64,000 nt of DNA from Cyclobacteriaceae bacterium. GTDB lineage: Bacteria; Bacteroidota; Bacteroidia; Cytophagales; Cyclobacteriaceae. The stretch covers positions 256 to 64,255 of the forward strand of contig JAEUUD010000001.1 in assembly GCA_016787625.1 (NCBI GenBank), given 5' to 3'. A program made the translations under genes and the position numbers. Below the pieces are notes generated by a model that saw only the letters and a program-made list of their open reading frames with translations, searched no databases and was not told the DNA's origin. Below, piece by piece: positions 27,887 to 36,119 of the stretch (positions are counted from its first letter, which is position 1; the number at the start of each line of letters is the position of its first letter).

Positions 27887-30316
27887 ATGAAACTCATCCG
27901 TGTTGTCCTGCCTGCCGTACTTACGCTCGCACTCACTTACGCACTCAACCGAAGCTGGAATCTCGGCGATCCGATTCCTCCGTTGGGAAAATTCCTCGAC
28001 CCATTCCATGGCTTCTGGCACAACGCAGAGTCAGCACAAGCAGGAGATGCTGAGCTCTCTATTCCCGGACTCAAGGATAAGGTGACCGTCGTCTACGACA
28101 GTGTGAGAATTCCCCACGTGTTTGCTTCCAATGACGATGATTTGTACTTCGCCCAGGGATACATCACCGCCGTCGACAGGCTCTGGCAGATGGAGTTTCA
28201 AACCCATGCGGCCGCCGGAAGGATTTCGGAAATCATCGGCAGCGCCACCCTCGACTACGACAGGCGTCAAAGAAGGCTTGGGATGATCTATGGTGCCGAG
28301 AACGGTCTTGCATCGATGGAAAAAAATCCCGTGAGCAAAGCCATGGTCGATGCATATACAGCAGGCATCAACGCTTATATCCAAACCCTCTCCTACGAAG
28401 ACCTTCCTCTGGAATACAAACTATTGGACTATGCACCTGAACCCTGGTCCAACATAAAGTCTGCCTTGCTGCTCAAGTACATGGCACAGACGCTCAACAT
28501 GTCTGACAAAGACCTTGAGATGACCAACGCGCTGAAACTGTTCGGAAAAGAAACCATCGAGTTGCTCTACCCTGATCAGGAACAGGTCGGCGATCCGATC
28601 GTTGACCGCCCCGGAGAATGGAAATTCAAAACAACAATTCCCGACAGCATTCCTCTCGCGGTACCTACAGAGTTGATTGCCCGTAAGCCATTTGAAAAAC
28701 CTTCTCCCGATGTCGGCAGTAACAACTGGGCAGTGAGTGGAAGCAAGACTGCTTCTGGTTCGCCGATCCTATGCAGCGACCCTCACCTTACACTGAACTT
28801 GCCATCGATCTGGTATACGATTCATTTGAGCGCACCCGGCTGCAACACGATGGGCGTTTCATTACCGGGTTCTCCTGGGGTCATCATCGGCTTCAATGAT
28901 TCTATTGCATGGGCGATGACGAACGCACAACGTGACCTGGTTGATTGGTATCAAATTCAGTTCAAGGACAACACAAAATCAGAATACATGAGTGATGGCG
29001 CGTGGAAACCTTCACGCAAGTTGATTGAAACCATCAAGGTCAAAGGATCGGCTACCGTGTTGGATACGGTAACGTATACGCACCATGGTCCGGTTCTCTA
29101 TGACGAAACGTTTCACGGAGAAAGCGAGCGGGCCCACTATGCCTTTCGCTGGGTAGCACATGATCCTTCAGAAGAAGTCATGACGTTCTACAAGATGAAC
29201 CGGGCCAAAAGTCATGGCGACTACATGGAAGCCTTGAACTACTATTCAAGTCCGGCTCAGAATTTTGTGTTTGCATCTGTATCAGGTGATGTCGCGATGC
29301 GCATCCAGGGAAAGTACCCGGTACGACGTAAGAACGAAGGCAGGTTTGTACTTGATGGCACCAAGACGTCAACGGAATGGAAAGCCTTCATTCCTAATGA
29401 ACACAACGTCATGGATAAAAATCCCAAGCGGGGATTCGTAAGCTCTGCGAATCAATATCCCGTCGACTTCACGTATCCATACTACGTGACCGGCAGTTCA
29501 TTCGAAGCTTACCGCAACCGGCGGATCAACCAGGTGCTGACTGCTGCTTCCAATGTGACGGTTGCTGACATGATCCGTCTGCAGCAGGACAACTTCCACT
29601 CCCGTGCTGCCGAAAGCCTGCCGACATTTCTCACACACCTTGATACAACATCGTTCACCGAACAAGAAAGAAACGCCTACAGGATTCTTCGCGGATGGGA
29701 TTATTTCAGCAACATCGAATCCGTTGGTCCATCCTACTGCGAAGCATGGTGGCGAGCCCTGCTTCCCATGATCTGGGATGAACTTGACAGCGCGCATGTT
29801 GCTCTTCAGGATCCAACCTCATTCACTACCATCCAACTCATCAAGACCCAACCTACGCTATCGTTCTTTGACCTCGTGGCTACTCCTGAAAAAGAGACCG
29901 CCACCGATCTGTTGAGGATGTCTTTCACAAAAGGTGTTGGCGTGATCGAAGAATGGAAAGCCAAAAATGGGAAAGAGCCGCAGTGGGCTGATTACAAGGA
30001 TGGGTATATCGCTCATCTTACCAGGCAGGATGCGCTGAGCCGTCATGTCCGCCATGGCGGTGGATCTGCGATTGTCAACGCGTTCACCCGTACACATGGA
30101 CCATCGTGGCGCATGGTTGTTAGCCTGGACAAGACAGGTGTCAACGCCGTGGGCGTTTATCCTGGCGGGCAAAGTGGGAATCCCGGCAGTCCCTATTACG
30201 CCAACTTCATTGATCCGTGGGCTACGGCGAAATATTTCAATATGCATTTTGTCACCAGTCCTGATCAGCTGGCCTCGTACAAATTTTCTTCCACCCAATT
30301 ATCTCCTTCAAAATGA
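27887..30316 (+). CDS. Penicillin acylase family Ntn-hydrolase (peptidase S45)
   Basis: IPHVFA, DRLWQME, autoproteolysis site G-SNNWAV, DPHL, PGGQSG. Confidence 0.93.
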   Translation: MKLIRVVLPAVLTLALTYALNRSWNLGDPIPPLGKFLDPFHGFWHNAESAQAGDAELSIPGLKDKVTVVYDSVRIPHVFASNDDDLYFAQGYITAVDRLWQMEFQTHAAAGRISEIIGSATLDYDRRQRRLGMIYGAENGLASMEKNPVSKAMVDAYTAGINAYIQTLSYEDLPLEYKLLDYAPEPWSNIKSALLLKYMAQTLNMSDKDLEMTNALKLFGKETIELLYPDQEQVGDPIVDRPGEWKFKTTIPDSIPLAVPTELIARKPFEKPSPDVGSNNWAVSGSKTASGSPILCSDPHLTLNLPSIWYTIHLSAPGCNTMGVSLPGSPGVIIGFNDSIAWAMTNAQRDLVDWYQIQFKDNTKSEYMSDGAWKPSRKLIETIKVKGSATVLDTVTYTHHGPVLYDETFHGESERAHYAFRWVAHDPSEEVMTFYKMNRAKSHGDYMEALNYYSSPAQNFVFASVSGDVAMRIQGKYPVRRKNEGRFVLDGTKTSTEWKAFIPNEHNVMDKNPKRGFVSSANQYPVDFTYPYYVTGSSFEAYRNRRINQVLTAASNVTVADMIRLQQDNFHSRAAESLPTFLTHLDTTSFTEQERNAYRILRGWDYFSNIESVGPSYCEAWWRALLPMIWDELDSAHVALQDPTSFTTIQLIKTQPTLSFFDLVATPEKETATDLLRMSFTKGVGVIEEWKAKNGKEPQWADYKDGYIAHLTRQDALSRHVRHGGGSAIVNAFTRTHGPSWRMVVSLDKTGVNAVGVYPGGQSGNPGSPYYANFIDPWATAKYFNMHFVTSPDQLASYKFSSTQLSPSK

Positions 30317-30660
30317 ACTTCCTGAAGCAAACACTCTTTACAGTTGCCATCTGTTTCATCCTGCAGTATTTTCTTCCCTGGTGGACGCTGGTGATCGGGG
30401 CAGGCATTGGCGGCTATATGTTCGGCAATGGCGGCGGAATGTCTTTCCTTTCTGGTCTGCTCGGTGTGGGATTGCTTTGGTTGGCGATGGCCATGCTGAT
30501 CGATGTTCAGACACAATCTATCCTTACAGAAAAGGTGGCTAAAATTTTTCCGACAAAGACACCGGGCTTACTGTTCCTTGTCACAGCCATTATCGGCGGC
30601 CTTCCAGGAGGTTTCGCAGCAATGACAGGGGCAATGATAAAGAAAGCGCAGCAAGGTTAG
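30313..30660 (+). CDS. Small hypothetical membrane protein
   Basis: 115 aa, hydrophobic, ATGA overlap with the acylase stop. Confidence 0.75.
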   Translation: MNFLKQTLFTVAICFILQYFLPWWTLVIGAGIGGYMFGNGGGMSFLSGLLGVGLLWLAMAMLIDVQTQSILTEKVAKIFPTKTPGLLFLVTAIIGGLPGGFAAMTGAMIKKAQQG

Positions 30661-30671
30661 GATCATCTAAT

Positions 30672-30710
30672 CCACCGCAAAGGCGCGAAGGCGCAAGGGT
30701 GCGCTAAGAG
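30672..30710 (+). repeat. Left arm of an imperfect inverted repeat built from 8-bp CGCAAAGG-like units
   Basis: ccac-cgcaaagg-cgcgaagg-cgcaaggg-tg-cgctaaga. Confidence 0.8.
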
Positions 30711-30776
30711 TAAATAGTCTGGTTAACAAGCATCGTGTAACTTGTTTTGGTCACCTAGATGGACTTTCCTTAGTCC

Positions 30777-31163
30777 ATGGACAAGGATCAGCTCAATTCA
30801 CTATCACAATCCATCCTTCAAGCTTCGCTTACTGTCCACAAAGCCATGGGCCCTGGACTTCTTGAGAAGGTCTATCACCATTGCCTGATCCGTGAACTAG
30901 AACTCCGGAGCATTATTGTAGACACAATGGTTATCGTACCCCTTACTTATAGAGGTCAAGTGCTTGATAAGGATTATGTCATTGACATACTCGTTGAAAA
31001 TGAGATCATCATTGAATTGAAGGCAGTTGAAAGCCTCTTGCCCGTGCATGAAGCCCAAATCATCAGTTATCTCAAGCTTGCAGACAAGCGACTTGGCTTC
31101 CTGATCAATTTCAACGTACCGCTTCTCAAACATGGATTCAAACGTTTCGTCAACAAGTTCTGA
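30777..31163 (+). CDS. GxxExxY protein (PD-(D/E)XK nuclease-like fold)
   Basis: GLLEKVY signature, DILVENEIIIELKA (D..ExK), AQIISYLK, GFLINF. Confidence 0.92.
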   Translation: MDKDQLNSLSQSILQASLTVHKAMGPGLLEKVYHHCLIRELELRSIIVDTMVIVPLTYRGQVLDKDYVIDILVENEIIIELKAVESLLPVHEAQIISYLKLADKRLGFLINFNVPLLKHGFKRFVNKF

Positions 31164-31165
31164 AC

Positions 31166-31204
31166 CTTCCTTGCGAACTTTGCGGCTCAGCGGCTTTGCG
31201 GTGG
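31166..31204 (-). repeat. Right arm of the inverted repeat flanking the GxxExxY gene
   Basis: Reverse complement reads ccac-cgcaaagc-cgctgagc-cgcaaagt-t-cgcaagga; the first 11 nt are identical to the left arm. Confidence 0.8.
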
Positions 31205-31220
31205 TGAGAGAATCTTCACT

Positions 31221-31306
31221 AAAACAAAAGCCTTCCGTTCTGGAAGGCTTACTCGTTGTCGGGGTGGCCACTGACGATCTTGGCGCGGAACGCGACACGC
31301 GATACC
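31221..31306 (-). pseudogene. Degenerate duplicate of the tRNA-Pro 3' portion plus its terminator (direct repeat, 92-bp offset)
   Basis: 31221-31270 matches 31313-31362 at 48/50; T-loop deleted, anticodon arm replaced, 5' acceptor strand absent. Confidence 0.8.
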
Positions 31307-31312
31307 TACTTC

Positions 31313-31342
31313 AAAACAAAAGCCTTCCGTTTTGGAAGGCTT
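31313..31342 (-). terminator. Intrinsic terminator after tRNA-Pro (second copy at 31221-31250)
   Basis: Minus strand AAGCCTTCC-aaaac-GGAAGGCTT followed by TTGTTTT. Confidence 0.8.
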
Positions 31343-31350
31343 ACTTGTTG

Positions 31351-31424
31351 TCGGGGTGGCCAGATTCGAACTGACGATCTCTTGGTCCCAAACCAAGCGC
31401 GATACCGGGCTACGCTACACCCCG
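31351..31424 (-). tRNA. tRNA-Pro (UGG)
   Basis: Cloverleaf CGGGGTG...CACCCCG-A; anticodon arm CTTGG-TTTGGGA-CCAAG; GTTCGAATC; CCA not encoded. Confidence 0.96.
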
Positions 31425-31484
31425 ATCGGGTATCTGTTTTAATGAGGCGCGAAGATAGTACTTGTATGGCAATGCGCAAGGGTG

Positions 31485-31558
31485 TGATCCGGCCGAGAGT
31501 CGAACTCGGAACCGTCAGCTTAGAAGGCTGATGCTCTATCCAGTTGAGCTACCGGACC
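31485..31558 (-). tRNA. tRNA-Arg (UCU)
   Basis: GGTCCGG...CCGGATC-A; anticodon arm TCAGC-CTTCTAA-GCTGA; GTTCGACTC. Confidence 0.96.
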
Positions 31559-31582
31559 CTGACAATGCCTGGGATTGCTGCG

Positions 31583-31671
31583 CGGAGAAGGGGGGATTCG
31601 AACCCCCGGTACAGTTTAACCCGTACGACAGTTTAGCAAACTGTTGGTTTCAGCCACTCACCCACTTCTCC
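31583..31671 (-). tRNA. tRNA-Ser (GCU)
   Basis: GGAGAAG...CTTCTCC-G; anticodon arm ACAGT-TTGCTAA-ACTGT; long variable arm; GTTCGAATC. Confidence 0.96.
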
Positions 31672-31683
31672 TGAAACAGGGCG

Positions 31684-31691
31684 CAAATATA
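31684..31691 (-). promoter_or_regulatory. -7 promoter element (TATATTTG) for the tRNA cluster
   Basis: Exact TAnnTTTG 12 bp upstream of tRNA-Ser. Confidence 0.65.
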
Positions 31692-31777
31692 ATGGAACAC
31701 GTATATATTTCTACCATGAACCGTTATGTCAGGGCGGCTATCCCCAGAGATCAATTTGATAACGTGAAATTGATGGC

Positions 31778-31785
31778 TAATTTTG
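31778..31785 (+). promoter_or_regulatory. -7 promoter element (TAATTTTG) for the VWA/TPR genes
   Basis: Exact TAnnTTTG about 27 bp before ATG 31813. Confidence 0.55.
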
Positions 31786-31812
31786 ATCCTCAGTGATTAT
31801 TACAAGGAAGCA

Positions 31813-32781
31813 ATGAGTTGGTTTCGTCCGTTCAGTGGGGTTGAGCTTGTCCTTCTCGCCGCCTTTGTCATCTTTTACACCCTCTACATCATCCGCATGG
31901 TCAGGATCAGCCGCACGCTGCATTCTCCTTTCTCTTCTGTTCTTGTCAAACTGGTCCTTCGCACTGCCTTTTTCGCCCTCCTGATCATCGTCTACCTGGG
32001 ACCATCGTTTGGAGAAGCCAAACGCGAAGTACAGTCCGTTGGAAAGGACATTATGATCTGCGTTGACCTGTCCAAATCCATGGACGCATTCGACATCCAG
32101 CCCAGCCGGCTGGAAAAAATCAAGTTTGAACTAAAAAAGGTCGTCGAGGCGTTTAATAGTGACCGGCTTGGGATCATCATCTTTTCGTCAGAGTCCTTTA
32201 TGCAGTGCCCACTCACCTATGACCAGAATGCACTGAACCTCTTTATTGAGACCATGAATACAAGCCTTGTCCCTTCATCAGGTACGGATTTCGGCCCACC
32301 GCTGAAAATGGCTCAGCAGAAACTCAATGATGAATCAGAATCGAGAACCGATCAGAAATCAAAGGTGATCATCCTCATCAGCGACGGAGAAGACTTCGGT
32401 GACGATACGGAAGAAATATCCAAAGAAATTGCCGACAAGGACATCAAGTTATTTACGCTTGGCATCGGAACCGAACGAGGAAGCCAGATCTATGCCGGGC
32501 GCAGCGTGAAAACCGACAAAGAGGGCAACCCGGTCATTTCCAAACTCAATGCAACATCGCTGAAGAAACTGGCCAGTCAGACAGGAGGGCAATACTTTGA
32601 AATCAATGATTCCGGAAACGACGTTTCAAGACTCATCAACACCATCAGCAAGATTGAAGGCGAAATACGTGATGCACGGCTCGTGGATGTGTCCGCCAAT
32701 CGGTACTTTTACTTCCTCCTCACTGCCATGGCATTGCTGGTGCTGGATATATTATTGAGTGTTCGTACGGTAACGATATGA
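31813..32781 (+). CDS. VWA domain membrane protein (BatB-like)
   Basis: MIDAS motif DLSKSM, PSRLE, CPLTYD, LISDGED; N- and C-terminal TMs; ATG 31813 preferred over TTG 31783. Confidence 0.88.
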   Translation: MSWFRPFSGVELVLLAAFVIFYTLYIIRMVRISRTLHSPFSSVLVKLVLRTAFFALLIIVYLGPSFGEAKREVQSVGKDIMICVDLSKSMDAFDIQPSRLEKIKFELKKVVEAFNSDRLGIIIFSSESFMQCPLTYDQNALNLFIETMNTSLVPSSGTDFGPPLKMAQQKLNDESESRTDQKSKVIILISDGEDFGDDTEEISKEIADKDIKLFTLGIGTERGSQIYAGRSVKTDKEGNPVISKLNATSLKKLASQTGGQYFEINDSGNDVSRLINTISKIEGEIRDARLVDVSANRYFYFLLTAMALLVLDILLSVRTVTI

Positions 32782-33602
32782 AATACCTTTTCCTCATCCT
32801 GCTTACCCTGCTGATCGATCCGACCAAGATCGGTAAGGCCAATGCGGCCAAGAACAAGGCGAAGGAATCTTACGAGCGCGGCGACTATAAGACAGCTGCT
32901 GAACAGTACCGCACACTAACCGACTCGCTTGGGGTTAAAGAGGATGAAGTCTCCATGAACCTCGCTCACTCCTATTTTCACCTCAATGATACGGTGCAGG
33001 CTCAGCATGCGTACCTGTCCATGACCAATAGTGCCAACCCATCATACAAATCAATAAGCCATCAGCAGTTGGGTATCCTCGCCCACAGGCAAGGCAAACT
33101 GGAAGAAGCGCTCCAATATTTCAAGAACGCGCTCAAGGCAAATCCCAAAAACGAGGAAGCCAGCTACAACTATGAAATGGTGAAGAAAAAACTGGAAGAA
33201 CAGAAGAAGCAGGAACAGCAGAAAAAAGATGATCAGAACAAGGATCAAAAGGAACAGAAAGACAATAAAGACCAGAAAGACAATAAGGATCAGAAGAACA
33301 AGGAAGATCAACAGAAGAAGGACCAGCAGAAAAAAGACAAAGAGCAAAAAGAGAAACAGGATCAGGAAAAGAAAGATCAGGAAAACAAGGAGAAGCAGGA
33401 GCAAGAGAAAAAAGAACAACAAGACAAAGACCAGGACAAAAAGGAAAATCAGCCCTCCTCGGATAAACTGAAGGAAATGAAGATCAGTGAAGAGAAGGCC
33501 AAAATGGTGCTCGAAGCGATGAAGAATCAGGAGATTCAATATCTCCAGCAAAATAAGCGCAAGGCAACCAAGCCACGGAGTAAAGGAAAGCCGGATTGGT
33601 AG
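32778..33602 (+). CDS. TPR protein with K/Q/D/E low-complexity region (BatC-like)
   Basis: TPR helices (ALQYFKNALKANP), long Q/K/D tract, C-terminal KPDW. Confidence 0.85.
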   Translation: MKYLFLILLTLLIDPTKIGKANAAKNKAKESYERGDYKTAAEQYRTLTDSLGVKEDEVSMNLAHSYFHLNDTVQAQHAYLSMTNSANPSYKSISHQQLGILAHRQGKLEEALQYFKNALKANPKNEEASYNYEMVKKKLEEQKKQEQQKKDDQNKDQKEQKDNKDQKDNKDQKNKEDQQKKDQQKKDKEQKEKQDQEKKDQENKEKQEQEKKEQQDKDQDKKENQPSSDKLKEMKISEEKAKMVLEAMKNQEIQYLQQNKRKATKPRSKGKPDW

Positions 33603-33704
33603 AGGTGAGAAGTAAGAGGTAAGAAGTAAGAGGTAAGAGGTAAGAGGTAAGAGGTAAGAAGTAATCAGTAGGTCGGTAATCGGAAGTCGGTAAGACGTTA
33701 GGAG
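33599..33704. repeat. Intergenic heptamer tandem repeat (GTAAGAG/GTAAGAA), degenerating distally
   Basis: Eight near-perfect 7-mers at 33605-33660, followed by about six degenerate units. Confidence 0.9.
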
Positions 33705-33750
33705 CAAGAATTAATTTGGGTTCGTTTTAAAACCTTGAAAGCGATTTGAT

Positions 33751-34107
33751 ATGAAATTCGAAAGTGCTGTGACGATTCTTTATTCAAAAGACGTGGGCAG
33801 GAGCATCGCCTATTATGTGGAACAGCTTGCCTTTGAAGACCATTGGGAGTGGGAAACGCCTCCCACATTTGGAGGTGTCAGCAAAGACCGTGTCGATGTC
33901 TTTTTTTGTAAAGACGGCCAGGGTCAACCGGGCACATGGCTTGCTATCAACGTCGACAATGTGGATGAGTATTATGCAAAAATAAAAGACAAGGGAGCCA
34001 AGATACTCAGTGAGCCCCAGGACTATCCATGGAACATGCGTGAAATGCTCGTCGAAGACCCCGATGGGCATAAGATCCGGTTTGGCCACCGGACAGATTG
34101 CGATTAA
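33751..34107 (+). CDS. VOC/glyoxalase/bleomycin-resistance family protein
   Basis: DVGRSIAYY, VDNVDEYY, PWNMREMLVEDPDGHKIRF. Confidence 0.9.
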   Translation: MKFESAVTILYSKDVGRSIAYYVEQLAFEDHWEWETPPTFGGVSKDRVDVFFCKDGQGQPGTWLAINVDNVDEYYAKIKDKGAKILSEPQDYPWNMREMLVEDPDGHKIRFGHRTDCD

Positions 34108-34121
34108 ACCCAAAGCATAAG

Positions 34122-34661
34122 ATGATAAAATTAAAGAAAGCCATGATGCTCATGGCTATAACCGCCGTCAGCTTATCTGCTGCCGGACAAGCTTCCAGGC
34201 GTGACAGCATCTGGGCTCCCGTGAAGGCACTTCTGGGATCATGGAAAGGGACAGGCGGAGGTGAGCCAGGCATCGGCAAGTATGAGCGGTCATACAAGCT
34301 GGTTCTTGCAGGCAACTTTATTGAGATCAGGAACAAATCGACCTACGCTCCTACGGAAAAACATCCCAAGGGTGAAGTGCACGAAGATATCGGGTACATC
34401 ATCTATGACCTCAACCGAAAGACGTTCTTGCTTCGCCAGCTGCATGTGGAGGGATTTGCCAACGACTACGTGCTGGAATCCATTTCACCGGACAAGAAAA
34501 CGATGGTCTTCGTCACCGAAAACATTGTCAATATTCCAAAAGGCTGGAGGGCAAGGGAAACGTACCGTTTTGGAGAAAAGGAATTTGAAGAGGTCTTTGA
34601 ACTTGCATCTCCCGGAAAAGGATTTGAGCCCTATTCAAAGGTCAAATTCACCAAACGGTGA
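34122..34661 (+). CDS. Secreted hypothetical protein, possible nitrobindin/FABP-like beta-barrel
   Basis: Signal peptide, LLGSWKGTGGG, HEDIGY; ATG 34122 preferred. Confidence 0.65.
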   Translation: MIKLKKAMMLMAITAVSLSAAGQASRRDSIWAPVKALLGSWKGTGGGEPGIGKYERSYKLVLAGNFIEIRNKSTYAPTEKHPKGEVHEDIGYIIYDLNRKTFLLRQLHVEGFANDYVLESISPDKKTMVFVTENIVNIPKGWRARETYRFGEKEFEEVFELASPGKGFEPYSKVKFTKR

Positions 34662-34753
34662 CAGTCACAGGCTGATTTTTTTCACCACGACCACCAAGAG
34701 GATTGGGAGTAAAAAGGTAACTTTCCATTCCTGCTTACTAAACCATTGATACA

Positions 34754-36106
34754 ATGAAGAAATTATTAGCCCTTGTCTGCCTGTTGGCGCTTGGTACTGT
34801 TGCCAGTGGGCAAACCCTCCCATCGAATTTCTTTCTCACCAAACTCAAGAACGGCCTGGAAGTTCTTGTGATTGAAGACCGCACCGTACCCCTGGTCACC
34901 GTGGAGATCTGTGTGAAGAATGGATCATACACTGAATCACCGGAATACAACGGCCTCTCCCACCTCTATGAGCATATGTTCTTTAAGGCCAACAAGGATA
35001 TTCCCAATCAGGAAGCATTTCTGAACCGCACCAATGAACTGGGTATGCAATGGAATGGAACAACGTCCAATGAACGGGTGAATTACTTCTTTACGCTGAA
35101 CAAGAAATTCATCAATGAAGGGCTGGAATTCATGAACTCCGCCATCCGTTACCCGCTCTTCGACGAAAAGGAAATGAAAAATGAGAATCCCGTTGTTGAC
35201 GGTGAATTTCAGCGGGCTGAATCCAATCCTACATTCTGGTTGTTCAACGACATGGACAGGAAACTATGGGGAGAAAACTACAGCCGCAAGAATGTGATTG
35301 GCGACCACAACATTATTCTGACCGCAACTACGGCCAAGATGCAGGTGATTCAGCAGAAATATTATCATCCCAACAACAGCATCCTCGTGATTGCCGGCGA
35401 TGCGAATCACGACGAAGTTTTCAAGAAAGCGGCAGCCATTTTCGAGAGCTGGCCGAACTCGGGCTTCGATCCCTTCGCCAAGTATCCGATCCCTGAATTC
35501 AAACCACTAACACAGTCAGAACTCTTTTTCACTGAAAACCCGAACGCCCGCAACAACATCATCCTCCAGGCCTGGCATGGTCCTGACACACGGCATGACC
35601 TGAAGGCCACCTACGCGGCCGATGTATTCAGTTTCATTGTTCAGCAGAAGTCTTCCAAGTTCCAGCAGGATCTGGTTGAGTCAGGGCTTGCATTCTATGC
35701 AAACATCAATTACAGCACCTGCAAGTATGTAGGTCCCATCAACCTGATCCTTGTGCCCAATCCGGCCAAGGTAAAGGAAGCCATGGCCAAGCTCGAAGAA
35801 CAAATCACCATGTGGTCGCGCGATGACTATTTTACCGATGAGCAACTGGAGACGGCAAAGACGCAACTTGCTATCTCTGATGCGCGGTCAAGAGAACAAA
35901 CTTCGCAATTTATCCACACGGTGACATACTGGTGGGCTTCTGCGTCGATCGGATATTATACCGACTACGTCGCCAACCTCAAGAAGGTGACGCGCGCTGA
36001 TATCAAGGAATACGTGACAAAGTACATCCAGGGCAAGCCTCATCTCACAGGTGTTCTCACCACGAAAGAAGGAAAGCCGGCATTGGAAGCATCATTGAAG
36101 AAATAG
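34754..36106 (+). CDS. M16 (pitrilysin-family) zinc peptidase, catalytic subunit
   Basis: Inverted zinc motif HLYEH, signal peptide. Confidence 0.92.
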   Translation: MKKLLALVCLLALGTVASGQTLPSNFFLTKLKNGLEVLVIEDRTVPLVTVEICVKNGSYTESPEYNGLSHLYEHMFFKANKDIPNQEAFLNRTNELGMQWNGTTSNERVNYFFTLNKKFINEGLEFMNSAIRYPLFDEKEMKNENPVVDGEFQRAESNPTFWLFNDMDRKLWGENYSRKNVIGDHNIILTATTAKMQVIQQKYYHPNNSILVIAGDANHDEVFKKAAAIFESWPNSGFDPFAKYPIPEFKPLTQSELFFTENPNARNNIILQAWHGPDTRHDLKATYAADVFSFIVQQKSSKFQQDLVESGLAFYANINYSTCKYVGPINLILVPNPAKVKEAMAKLEEQITMWSRDDYFTDEQLETAKTQLAISDARSREQTSQFIHTVTYWWASASIGYYTDYVANLKKVTRADIKEYVTKYIQGKPHLTGVLTTKEGKPALEASLKK

Positions 36107-36119
36107 ACCACATCAAAAC

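Noticed and set aside
31221-31424. Direct repeats read as a CRISPR array or as prophage attL/attR
   Set aside because: Only two copies, both derived from tRNA plus terminator. No cas or integrase gene, and no cargo between the copies.
31132-31674. Several short ORFs over the tRNA cluster
   Set aside because: They overlap real tRNA genes and the duplicated terminator, so they are spurious.
33051-33707. 218-aa very hydrophobic minus-strand ORF
   Set aside because: Antisense shadow of the K/Q/D/E low-complexity tract of the TPR gene plus the heptamer repeat.
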